The position numbers and the translations under genes were made by a program. DNA of 64,000 bases from Patescibacteria group bacterium (GTDB lineage: Bacteria; Patescibacteriota; Minisyncoccia; Phycocordibacterales; UBA918): the NCBI GenBank assembly GCA_019750255.1, contig JAIEOU010000003.1, forward strand, positions 19,350 to 83,349, written 5' to 3'. The notes below the pieces were generated by a model. The model searched no databases. It saw nothing but the letters and a program-made list of their open reading frames with translations, and was not told the origin of the DNA. Shown one piece after another: positions 8,518-17,517 of this stretch. The number at the start of each line of letters is the position of its first letter. Position 1 is the first letter of the stretch.

Positions 8518-9150
8518 ATGGGAGTCATCAGACACCCCGATCAACGTGTAGCGATTTTAATTGATACACAGAACCTCTACCACAGTGCGAAGAACCTCTA
8601 CAAGTCCAAAGTAAATTTTGGAGCAGTGGTGAAGCAAGCGCTCGGAGGTCGCAAACTTATTCGCGCCGTGTCGTACGTGGTGAATACCGAAAGTGGGGAA
8701 GAGCAACCATTCTTTGAAGCCCTCGAGAAAGTCGGCATTGAAATTAAAACGAAGGACCTCCAAATCTTTTACGGGGGTGCGAAGAAAGCCGACTGGGATG
8801 TTGGTCTCGCGGTTGACGCCATCAAGCTTGCGCAAAAAGTTGACGCTATTATCTTAGCCTCTGGCGATGGTGACTTTGTCCCGATGGTGGAATACGTAAA
8901 GAGCCAGGGCTGCCAAGTTGAAGCAATTTCGTTTGGTCGTTCCTCATCATCAAAGTTGCGTGAAGTTGTTGACGACTTCATCGATATGGATGAACACCCT
9001 AGTGACTTCCTCATCAGCTACAAAGGTGGCCCGCGCCGAGCTTCATTGGCAGGTCGCACCGAAGGCAGAGGTGAGGGGTCGAGCCGCGCCAAGAATGAGC
9101 TCCGCAACGAAATCCAAAAAGTAGTTGGAACGGACACCGATAATCTTTAG
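8518..9150 (+). CDS. NYN-domain (LabA/YacP-like PIN-fold) putative ribonuclease
   Basis: MGVIRHPDQRVAILIDTQNLYHSAKNLY...AIILASGDGDFVPMVEYVKSQGCQVEAISF is typical of NYN/LabA. The start is taken at an internal ATG of ORF 8452..9150. Confidence 0.6.
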   Translation: MGVIRHPDQRVAILIDTQNLYHSAKNLYKSKVNFGAVVKQALGGRKLIRAVSYVVNTESGEEQPFFEALEKVGIEIKTKDLQIFYGGAKKADWDVGLAVDAIKLAQKVDAIILASGDGDFVPMVEYVKSQGCQVEAISFGRSSSSKLREVVDDFIDMDEHPSDFLISYKGGPRRASLAGRTEGRGEGSSRAKNELRNEIQKVVGTDTDNL

Positions 9151-9232
9151 GAGCAAAAATTTAAAACCGCCGCTATGGTAGGCTTGTCGCGGACTGTTAC
9201 ATCCCTAAAACGCACATGAGAAGGAAGGTGTG

Positions 9233-10096
9233 ATGCCGTTAATTCCTCGACCTGCCTACCGCCTCACAAAAGAGATAACCATTGTCGGCCATGATTTATT
9301 TGGTCGTCGAGCCAGTGTCGAATTAATTCCACATGAACTTTCCGGTATATATGTGGATGTTGGTAAAGACGAGCCGGTTCTCGTTACCCCCGAGAATCTC
9401 ACCAGCAGTCGGTGCTCACTACACTTCACCTGTGATGGGTTCAAGATTCGAAACATCGGACCACTGCTCGCACTGCGCTGGTGGGTTGACGGCTTCACCA
9501 TCAGGACCGCAACCGGGTGGCTGCCATTCGATGGTACCGCCCAGGTGTTTCTCGGGGCAGTACACCAGAGTGCCGCAGTAGCCGAAGAAGGCACTCTGCT
9601 GCCATTCGGTCTGCCACAGCCCTGGTGCCTCGGCGAAGCCACGGTGCACGCATGGATATTCATTTCAGAATCGGCTGAGTCTGATACCGACCTCAAGCTT
9701 ACTGTCGGTTACGACCGACTTAGGCACGCACACGGGGCAATGGCCATAAGCCATGAAAGGAAATTTTCCCGCGATGACTTTCCCGACATCGCGTGCGCAC
9801 GAGGCTTTGGCTACCCCCAGTCTCTGCGTCCACTGAGTGCCCTGGCTGCACGCAGTGGCCTCTGGCGACATCACCACCACTTCCTCTGGACAGACGCGCA
9901 AAGAGACGCCACCACCTGGGAGCTCGTAGTGGACGAGGCTCTTCGGCACCGTGAGCTTAACCTCCTCGCATGCCTGGCCAGCGCACTACCGCCGGGATAC
10001 TTTCCCATCGGAACGGTCACGTCCCTCAACGGCAGTCTCGCCAAGGAACTCAATATGGCAGCTCTACTGCACCGGATGGGACGAGCCCGAACTTGA
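9233..10096 (+). CDS. LpxC-like (UDP-3-O-acyl-GlcNAc deacetylase fold) protein, probably non-canonical
   Basis: WLPFDGTAQVFLGAV matches the LpxC E(V/I)PIMDGSAxPF motif. The N-terminal ITIVGHDLFGRRASVELIP aligns with LpxC GVGLHTGKKVTLTLRP. The region is about 62% GC versus a local value of about 50%. A strong SD aaggaagg precedes the ATG. Confidence 0.4.
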   Translation: MPLIPRPAYRLTKEITIVGHDLFGRRASVELIPHELSGIYVDVGKDEPVLVTPENLTSSRCSLHFTCDGFKIRNIGPLLALRWWVDGFTIRTATGWLPFDGTAQVFLGAVHQSAAVAEEGTLLPFGLPQPWCLGEATVHAWIFISESAESDTDLKLTVGYDRLRHAHGAMAISHERKFSRDDFPDIACARGFGYPQSLRPLSALAARSGLWRHHHHFLWTDAQRDATTWELVVDEALRHRELNLLACLASALPPGYFPIGTVTSLNGSLAKELNMAALLHRMGRART

Positions 10097-10205
10097 TGGA
10101 CTCCACTCTCGCGAAACAACAGTACACCGCCTGCGTTGCCCGAGTGGCACTGCAGGCGGTCGTTTGTTATGCTCGTAGTGTTATTCATATTTTATTGTCG
10201 GGTGG

Positions 10206-10263
10206 CAGGTGCGCGCGTACAGAGAGCGCACAATAGTCTGGCGCTTTTAAACGCGCGCACCTG
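10206..10263 (+). promoter_or_regulatory. pnp 5'-leader long hairpin (candidate RNase III autoregulatory site)
   Basis: A 13-bp stem caggtgcgcgcgt/acgcgcgcacctg encloses an inner hairpin, about 20 nt upstream of the pnp ATG. Confidence 0.35.
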
Positions 10264-10280
10264 CACCGAACAAACGTTTC

Positions 10281-12395
10281 ATGCAGAAAAAAACCTACGA
10301 GATTGAAGTGGGCGGGAAGCTACTGACAGCTGAATTCAACGACCTAGCTCCACAGGCGAGCGGCTCAGTGATGCTGCGCTACGGCGAGACCGTGGTTCTC
10401 GTGACGGCAGTGATGGGGCAGAAGAATGTACCGATGCCTTACTTTCCTCTCTCGGTAGAGTTTGAAGAAAAGTTTTATGCTGCCGGTGCAATCTTGGGTA
10501 GTCGCTTTGTTCGTCGTGAAGGGAAGCCGAGCGACGAGGCGGTCTTGTCGGCCCGAATTGTCGACCGGACCATTAGACCATTGTTTCCCGCTCACCTCCG
10601 CAAAGAGGTACAGGTGGTGGTGATGGTGCTGGCCATTGGTGAGGAAGACCCCGATCTGCTTGGCATCATCGGTGCCTCGCTGGCGCTCGGTGTTTCGGAT
10701 ATTCCGTGGATTGGTCCGGTTGCGGCGGCCCGAGTGACCCGCGCGGTTCATAGCGACGTGCTGGAGATTAATGCAAACTACAGCAGCCGCACTGAAGGGG
10801 CGACCGATTTTGAAGTGCTGGCGTGTGGCCGCTCCGGCAGTATTAATATGATTGAAACTTCCGCACGGGAGATGGATGAAGCGACGATCATCGCCGCGCT
10901 TGAGGCCGCTGCACCGGTACATGCTGCGCTTGAGGCTTGGCAGAAAAGTATTATTGCCGAGCGTGGTGTACCAAAGCGAGCTCACGCCGAGCCGCAATTT
11001 CCCGAGTTGCTTACGGAACACTTCGCTACGGCATTTCACGACCGTCTTTACAGCACCCTATTCTCGGGCACTACCGGCAAGAGTCACCTCTACACACTGA
11101 AAGACGAATTTGTTGCCAGTTGCGCTACCTCCCTCGCCGACCTCACCCCCGCACTGTGCGCAGACTTCTTCGAACACCAGCTTGACCAACTCATCCACAA
11201 GGGGGCGGTGGAGGAAGGAAAACGTGCTGACGGTCGACCGCTCGATGCCGTGCGTGAGATTTTTGCACAAGCCGGCGGCGTTTCTCCGGTACTGCATGGA
11301 AGTGGAATTTTCTACCGCGGCGAAACGCACCTCTTTTCTGCTCTGACCCTCGGGGGACCTGATGCAGCGCAACTCGTCGACACCATGGAAGAGCGTGACG
11401 CTAAAAAACGCTTCATGCACCACTACAACTTCCCGCCTTTTTCGGTGGGAGAGGTGGGTAAGGTGGGTGGTCAAAACCGCCGCATGATTGGGCACGGCGC
11501 ACTGGCGGAGAAGGCACTTGCCCCAGTGATTCCAAAGGCAGCCGACTTTCCGTATACGATTCGACTGGTCTCGGAAACCCTCTCGAGTAACGGATCAAGT
11601 TCCATGGCTTCGGTCTGTGCCTCCACTCTCGCATTAATGGACGGCGGAGTCCCTATTACACGACCCGTTGCGGGTATCGCTTCGGGTGTCATGTTCCACA
11701 ATGGAAAGTATGCGCTCCTTACTGACATTCAAGGACCAGAAGACGAATATGGCGACATGGACTTCAAGGTTGCTGGAACCAGCAACGGTATCACCGCCAT
11801 GCAAATGGACGTAAAAATAGAGGGTGTTCCAATTGCCATCCTTGGTGAAGCGTTAGAGAAGGCCCGCCTAGCCCGGCTAGCAATTCTCGCGGCCATGACC
11901 ACGGCAATCGCTGCCCCACGACGAACCATCTCGCCCCGTGCCCCAGAGATTGTGACACTACAGATACTCCCTGAACAAATAGGTCTCGTGATTGGCGGGG
12001 GTGGTAAGACTATTAACAGTATAAAGGCTGATGCTGGTGTAGAAGAAATTACTATCGAAGAAGATGGCCAGATATTTATAACTGGACGACGTGGTACGGC
12101 CGGTATTGCCGCGGACCGCATCCGCGCCCTGACTCGTCGGTACACTGTCGGAGAGCGAGTGAGCGCCACCATAACTAAACTCGCACCGTTTGGGGCGTTT
12201 GCTAAGATTGATGCGTATAATGACGGACTCATCCATATATCGGAAATTGCCGACGTGCACGTTGACACCGTCGAGGGACTTCTCATCGTTGGCGAAACCC
12301 TCCCGGTGATTATTTCCAAGGTTGAAAATGGAAAGATTGGTCTTTCTATTAAGCAGGCAGATGCGCAGTTTTACACCACGCGCACCCAACCTTAG
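10281..12395 (+). CDS. pnp: Polyribonucleotide nucleotidyltransferase (PNPase)
   Basis: 704 aa with two RNase PH domains, a KH domain (GGGGKTINSIK) and a C-terminal S1 domain. Confidence 0.95.
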   Translation: MQKKTYEIEVGGKLLTAEFNDLAPQASGSVMLRYGETVVLVTAVMGQKNVPMPYFPLSVEFEEKFYAAGAILGSRFVRREGKPSDEAVLSARIVDRTIRPLFPAHLRKEVQVVVMVLAIGEEDPDLLGIIGASLALGVSDIPWIGPVAAARVTRAVHSDVLEINANYSSRTEGATDFEVLACGRSGSINMIETSAREMDEATIIAALEAAAPVHAALEAWQKSIIAERGVPKRAHAEPQFPELLTEHFATAFHDRLYSTLFSGTTGKSHLYTLKDEFVASCATSLADLTPALCADFFEHQLDQLIHKGAVEEGKRADGRPLDAVREIFAQAGGVSPVLHGSGIFYRGETHLFSALTLGGPDAAQLVDTMEERDAKKRFMHHYNFPPFSVGEVGKVGGQNRRMIGHGALAEKALAPVIPKAADFPYTIRLVSETLSSNGSSSMASVCASTLALMDGGVPITRPVAGIASGVMFHNGKYALLTDIQGPEDEYGDMDFKVAGTSNGITAMQMDVKIEGVPIAILGEALEKARLARLAILAAMTTAIAAPRRTISPRAPEIVTLQILPEQIGLVIGGGGKTINSIKADAGVEEITIEEDGQIFITGRRGTAGIAADRIRALTRRYTVGERVSATITKLAPFGAFAKIDAYNDGLIHISEIADVHVDTVEGLLIVGETLPVIISKVENGKIGLSIKQADAQFYTTRTQP

Positions 12396-12454
12396 CTTCC
12401 GATTATTAACCTGCGTACGCCCCGACCGAGCCAAAGCGTGCGATACTAGAAGCA

Positions 12455-14164
12455 ATGGCCGAGTCGAAACCAACGATGCTCCCGCGAGTTCGTACCTTTG
12501 CGAGCGATCTAGAAAATGAACGCAAAAAGCGCGGCCTTGCCGCGCCCGTTGACGATGCGGCCTCGAAACCAAGCGCACCCGCTGATCCGACAAAAGTCCC
12601 CGTGCCGACCCCCCGCAAAGTCCCTACTCCTGTCGCCATCCCACCAGTTAGAACGGCAGAAGCTGGACCAAAGCCAATCAGTCATATCGTAGCGGCCGCA
12701 CCACGACCCACGAGCGTATCAGCTGCAGTACTGGCCACTCGCGCCGACGAAATGAAGAAAGAATCTGATGCGCGGCCTACTTCAGTCCCCTCGTTTCATG
12801 AGCTAATGAAACGAAGTGGGAAACCCCACGCTTCGCCCTCAGTAACTCCCGAACGCGGGGGTGTCATGGGCATTACCATAACCAATGATGAAAGTGGCGC
12901 CACCATCATCACCGACACCAAGGCTGATCGCTTTAAAGTTGCTCCCAGTATTTTTATATCAATAAAAAAATGGTGGGCAAAAAACCAGGCTGACCGCAAG
13001 GCCCGTCGGGCTCCTAAGTACGTTGTGCCCGAAACAGATCGTCGAAAGGGTATCATCCAACAAGCTACCTCACATAGCGGAAAGGCGATTACAGATGACC
13101 GCGCCCAGCTGCGTGACCAGGTTCTCCGACGCAATACACAGAAGGAACACGAGCCCGACACCACGAAGACGGGAAGCACCGAGGCCGGGTCTCGCCCGAG
13201 CGCACCACCTGATGATGGGGGAGTCGTAAACGTACAGGTAACACCAAAGCAACGTGGTGAGGAACGGCCACGACCAGTGCTGCCGCCGGTTGAGGTTCCT
13301 GCAGTTGTTCGTGCACCACTACCTCCACCCCCGCCACTGTCCATCCCTGTCGCCGTACCGCCGCCGGTTGTCGCTGCTGCCCCTTTGCGACCGACCCAAG
13401 AAGCGACGCCTATCACTGAAAAAAAAGTAACCGCAACCAGTGCCCCGGTGATTGCAATGAGGCAAGAGGCAGTAGGGCCAGAGACTCAGCTGCGGCCAAG
13501 CGCACCAACTGGTCGCCTTACCACTAACCTTCTCTCTGGCAGCGTGGTCGCTTTGATTGTATTTATTGCGGTCGGTGGCGTTGGCGTATACCGCTTCCTG
13601 AACACACCACCACCCCCGCCACCACCGGTATATGAGGGAGTGCTACTGAGCGCCCCGACGCTAAAAATTTCACTTCCGATACTCGACCGAGCCGCATTCA
13701 TGCAGTCTCTCGCAATTGCGAGCGATACCCGGTCCGTACCGGTCATTGAACTCTTCTTCATTAACGACACGGTTGTGGTACCATCTGCCGACCTCTTGTC
13801 ACTTTTCAGTCCCACCATTAATCAGAACTTGGCTCAAAATGTACGTTCAGTGGTCTTTGGTTGGTACAACAAAGACATCCCCTTTATGGTGCTTGATATC
13901 GCCGACCGCTCGAGCGTCTGGGGCGGACTCCTTAAAGAAGAAGCCAGGCTGCAAAGCACCCTAGCTCCGTTCTTCACTTTCCCAACCCCGCTTGATGGGG
14001 GGTTCATCGATCGTAAAATTAGCATCTACGACATCCGCCTCCTCGTCGACAAAACTGGCAACGAGCACCTCGCCTACAGTTTCATAAATGACAACACGGT
14101 GATTATCACTAAAAATCACGAGACGCTCTTGTTACTAGCTACCCTCGCAGGTGCCGGGAAGTAG
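12455..14164 (+). CDS. Hypothetical proline-rich single-pass membrane protein
   Basis: Long Pro/Ala-rich N-terminal region, a TM helix LLSGSVVALIVFIAVGGVGVYRFL, then a PPPPPPP run and a C-terminal globular domain. A leaderless-type promoter (gatact 7 nt upstream of the ATG) precedes it. Confidence 0.4.
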   Translation: MAESKPTMLPRVRTFASDLENERKKRGLAAPVDDAASKPSAPADPTKVPVPTPRKVPTPVAIPPVRTAEAGPKPISHIVAAAPRPTSVSAAVLATRADEMKKESDARPTSVPSFHELMKRSGKPHASPSVTPERGGVMGITITNDESGATIITDTKADRFKVAPSIFISIKKWWAKNQADRKARRAPKYVVPETDRRKGIIQQATSHSGKAITDDRAQLRDQVLRRNTQKEHEPDTTKTGSTEAGSRPSAPPDDGGVVNVQVTPKQRGEERPRPVLPPVEVPAVVRAPLPPPPPLSIPVAVPPPVVAAAPLRPTQEATPITEKKVTATSAPVIAMRQEAVGPETQLRPSAPTGRLTTNLLSGSVVALIVFIAVGGVGVYRFLNTPPPPPPPVYEGVLLSAPTLKISLPILDRAAFMQSLAIASDTRSVPVIELFFINDTVVVPSADLLSLFSPTINQNLAQNVRSVVFGWYNKDIPFMVLDIADRSSVWGGLLKEEARLQSTLAPFFTFPTPLDGGFIDRKISIYDIRLLVDKTGNEHLAYSFINDNTVIITKNHETLLLLATLAGAGK

Positions 14165-14181
14165 CGCTATACTGTTGGCAT

Positions 14182-14556
14182 ATGTTAGATACCACCACCT
14201 TTAAGCACGACCTCGAAACTAAACTTACATCGATCAGAAGCGCACTGTCTGGCATCGCCACGCACAACCCTGAAACCGATGACTGGGAAGCGCTTCCGGT
14301 TGGAGCAGAGTCCCCAGAACCTGATGAGAACGATGAAGCCGATGTGGTAGAAGAATGGAATGAACGCCGCGCTACCGTTTCGGTACTTGAAACTGATTAT
14401 CGTAATCTGACGCGAGCACTAGCGAAGATTGCTGATGGTTCGTACGGGCTCTGTGAGGTGTCAGGAGAACCAATCGAAGAAGCACGCTTGCATGCCAATC
14501 CTGCTGCCCGAACCTGCATCGCGCACCGTGAAGATGAAGGGAATCTGTCGCTATAA
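14182..14556 (+). CDS. DksA/TraR-family C4-type zinc-finger protein
   Basis: C-terminal GSYGLCEVSGEPIEEARLHANPAARTCIAH fits the DksA/TraR zinc-finger region (partly degenerate) after an acidic coiled-coil N-terminus. Confidence 0.55.
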   Translation: MLDTTTFKHDLETKLTSIRSALSGIATHNPETDDWEALPVGAESPEPDENDEADVVEEWNERRATVSVLETDYRNLTRALAKIADGSYGLCEVSGEPIEEARLHANPAARTCIAHREDEGNLSL

Positions 14557-14565
14557 AGAAACACT

Positions 14566-16080
14566 ATGTCGACCATCGCTCGCACACATACGATTCAACC
14601 AAGTGTGCTCGCTGGTACCGTCATAAGCGTGGAGGCGGATATTGCTCCGGGCCTCCACGCTTTTTCTGTAGTTGGTCTTGCCGGCAAGGCTACACTTGAA
14701 GCACGCGACCGAGTAAGTGCTGCCCTTAAACACAGTGGCTTTCCATCACCAAAAAGTCAGAATCAGAAAATCACCATATCCTTATCGCCAGCTGATGTTA
14801 AAAAGGATGGGCCTCTATTTGATTTACCAATAGCCATTGCCTATCTTGAAGCGGCCGGTGAACTTCCCTCACAAAGAGTACCGAGCATTCTGGTCGGCGA
14901 GCTCGGGCTCGATGGGACACTGCGCCCCGTTCGGGGTGTTCTATCGGTGGCCAAAGCGGCACTCGATGCGGGGTACCGTGATGTAATTGTTCCGATGGAA
15001 AACGCCACCGAAGCAGCACTTGTCTCTGGACTCTGTGTGCGGGGTGCGGCCACCCTTACCGACGTGGTGGCCTACCTTAAAGACAGCGTGGCGTACCCGC
15101 TCCCCTTAACTCCAGAAACTGAGATTGCTGCCAACTGGCACGAGGCGCCCGTTTCGTTTGCTGATGTCCGCGGTCAAGAAAGCGCCAAACGTGGTCTCAT
15201 CATCGCCGCCGCAGGTAGACACAACGCCATCCTCGTCGGCCCACCGGGGACAGGGAAGACTATGCTTGCGCGAGCCCTTCGCGGAATTCTCCCTCCACTC
15301 TCACGACAAGAAGCGCTTGAGGTATTAGCAATCCATTCCCTCGCCGCACCACTTTTTGAAGTCACAAGCCTCGCTCCCTTTAGAAGCCCCCACCATACCG
15401 CGTCGCATACGGCACTAGTGGGTGGGGGCACTGTTCCGCGACCCGGAGAAGTTACCCTCGCTCACAATGGCGTTCTCTTTATGGATGAGTTTCCAGAATT
15501 TGAACGGCGCGCACTTGATGCACTGCGTCAACCCCTGGAAGACCGCGTTGTGTCAATTGCGCGCGTGGGCGGGACGGCAGTATTTCCCGCTGACTTCATT
15601 TTAATCGCGGCCCTTAATCCATACCGGGGAAGTGAAGACGGCACCACCGATTTGGCGCGCGCCATGCACGATACCTATAACGGCAAAATATCCGGCCCGA
15701 TCCTCGACCGCATTGATTTATGGTTACCTGTGCTCCACGTAGATCATGCGAGTCTGACTGAAGCCAATCACGATCAGACTCAAACTACCGAGTCGCTCCG
15801 AATGGAAGTGAAAAGGGCGCGCGCCCGGCAGAGCGCACGGCTCGGAGAGCGAGGTATAACAACCAATAGCGCGATGACCGTCCGCGATATCGAAGAGACA
15901 GTCCCTTTGACCCTCGAGGTAAAAAACCTGCTCATCAACTCCGCCCAGAAGCTAAACCTCTCACCACGCAGCTTCCATCGCGTAATCAAAGTTGCCCGCA
16001 CTATCGCCGACCTTGATGATAAAGACGAAGTAGAGGTACCCCACCTCCTTGAAGCGCTGCAGTACCGCGTACGCGTGTAA
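14566..16080 (+). CDS. comM: YifB/ComM-family Mg-chelatase-like AAA+ ATPase
   Basis: N-terminal Lon-protease-like domain, then Walker A LVGPPGTGKTMLA, then a C-terminal Mg-chelatase ChlI domain. 504 aa. Confidence 0.85.
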   Translation: MSTIARTHTIQPSVLAGTVISVEADIAPGLHAFSVVGLAGKATLEARDRVSAALKHSGFPSPKSQNQKITISLSPADVKKDGPLFDLPIAIAYLEAAGELPSQRVPSILVGELGLDGTLRPVRGVLSVAKAALDAGYRDVIVPMENATEAALVSGLCVRGAATLTDVVAYLKDSVAYPLPLTPETEIAANWHEAPVSFADVRGQESAKRGLIIAAAGRHNAILVGPPGTGKTMLARALRGILPPLSRQEALEVLAIHSLAAPLFEVTSLAPFRSPHHTASHTALVGGGTVPRPGEVTLAHNGVLFMDEFPEFERRALDALRQPLEDRVVSIARVGGTAVFPADFILIAALNPYRGSEDGTTDLARAMHDTYNGKISGPILDRIDLWLPVLHVDHASLTEANHDQTQTTESLRMEVKRARARQSARLGERGITTNSAMTVRDIEETVPLTLEVKNLLINSAQKLNLSPRSFHRVIKVARTIADLDDKDEVEVPHLLEALQYRVRV

Positions 16081-16105
16081 TCTTTACTAGAAAAAATTGG
16101 AACAA

Positions 16106-16140
16106 AAAAGCCGGGAGTCCTGAGCGGACGCCCGGCTTTT
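16106..16140. terminator. Bidirectional terminator between convergent comM and the M23 peptidase gene
   Basis: aaaagccggg...cccggctttt. Confidence 0.55.
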
Positions 16141-16151
16141 ATACCCAGTTA

Positions 16152-17180
16152 CTAGAAGGGGTTCTTCGCGCCGCGAACTTCAAAGTGCAGGTGACTACCG
16201 GTTGAACGGCCGGTGTTACCAACGTAGCCAATCACTTCACCAGCTGCTACGGCAGCACCAACTCCCACCGCATTACTGCTGTTATGAGCATACAATGTCT
16301 GGGTACCGTTACTATGGCGCACCACTATGTAATTACCATAACCACCATTCCAGCCTCCGGTCTTGGCAACAATGACTTCTCCGGCGGCGGCGGCGCGGAT
16401 TGGCGCTCCGACGGCGGCAGCGAGGTCGACCGCATTAAAGCCGTGTATACCCTGCGTACGAAGTGACCCCGGAAGAGGATGAATAAAGCCCGTAGCACCG
16501 CCGCCCGCGGCTGCGGTTTTGGTACCACTTGTGGTCGTACGCTTAGGAGCGGGGACTGTGCCGCCAGGAATAATGATGGTTATTCCGGATTGTAAATCAC
16601 TTTCTGAAAGTTGGTTATACGCAAGGATTTCTTCAGCCTCACCACCGTAGGTCTTGGCAATCGACGCAATAGTATCGCCCCTCTTAATCTTATATTGAAC
16701 ACCAGGAATCGGTAGGATAACCAGAGAGTCTCCAGGACGTATAGACTTGGCGCTCGTAAGATCGTTTGCCCACAAAATGGTATTGCTGGTAACGCCAAAC
16801 ATTTCGGCAATCATAGAAAGGGAATCGCCCTCGCGCACCGTATAAACACTAATCTCTCCGCTGGTAAGACTGAGACTTGATACATCGTCAGCGCCAATCG
16901 GACCAGATGATACGAGCGCACCTTCTCTCACGATAATTTCAGCTCCTCCGCGTGCCCCTTGCGGATTCGGGTTTCTTTGCGCGGAAAGAAGCGGGACGTC
17001 GATGGCGCTCGTAGTAGCGGCTTCTTGCGGGCGAGCCGGTAGCGTAGAGGCGCCCTCGCCGAACAGGGCAGTGAGCACACCGGCCTGTACCGTAAGCGGG
17101 AGAACGATACAGAACGCAAGTAGGGCAAACAGCACCCGACGAGGGTAATGAGCGAGTGCGTATATCATCTGACGTGCCAT
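16152..17180 (-). CDS. LysM-domain-containing M23 family metallopeptidase
   Basis: N-terminal TM helix, two LysM repeats (GDSLSMIAEMFGV..., GDTIASIAKTYGG...), and a C-terminal M23 domain with HxxxD and GSHLHFEV motifs. Confidence 0.85.
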   Translation of the reverse strand: MARQMIYALAHYPRRVLFALLAFCIVLPLTVQAGVLTALFGEGASTLPARPQEAATTSAIDVPLLSAQRNPNPQGARGGAEIIVREGALVSSGPIGADDVSSLSLTSGEISVYTVREGDSLSMIAEMFGVTSNTILWANDLTSAKSIRPGDSLVILPIPGVQYKIKRGDTIASIAKTYGGEAEEILAYNQLSESDLQSGITIIIPGGTVPAPKRTTTSGTKTAAAGGGATGFIHPLPGSLRTQGIHGFNAVDLAAAVGAPIRAAAAGEVIVAKTGGWNGGYGNYIVVRHSNGTQTLYAHNSSNAVGVGAAVAAGEVIGYVGNTGRSTGSHLHFEVRGAKNPF

Positions 17181-17517
17181 GGCATTTCGTAAGCCAGCGT
17201 CGGAATCTTGTGGGCTAAGTTGAATACGAGAAGAATTATGGACTCACCGCAATACAATCACTACAGGAAATTTCGGAAAGAAAACAGAGCATGGAAGCTC
17301 TCTTTGGATACCTTCTATCGGTACGGGGGTAATTTTACCGCATGCACCCGAGGTGGCAATTGACGAGGCCCGACTTTTCCACTGTGTCAAAATGCACCTC
17401 ATTTAACCCTTAGCCTTAAGGCTGCATTATCTCTTGACTTGTACGTAATTACATTGCACTTTGATTATTCGTTACAGTTCTCTTGCGATTGCATCAATAT
17501 GCTATAGTGACGCGACC

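Noticed and set aside
10365-12593. Long antisense ORFs inside pnp (10365..11039, 11729..12319, 11958..12593 on the minus strand)
   Set aside because: They lie entirely within and opposite to the well-supported pnp gene. They are low-complexity Arg/Ser/Pro-rich translations typical of GC-rich antisense frames.
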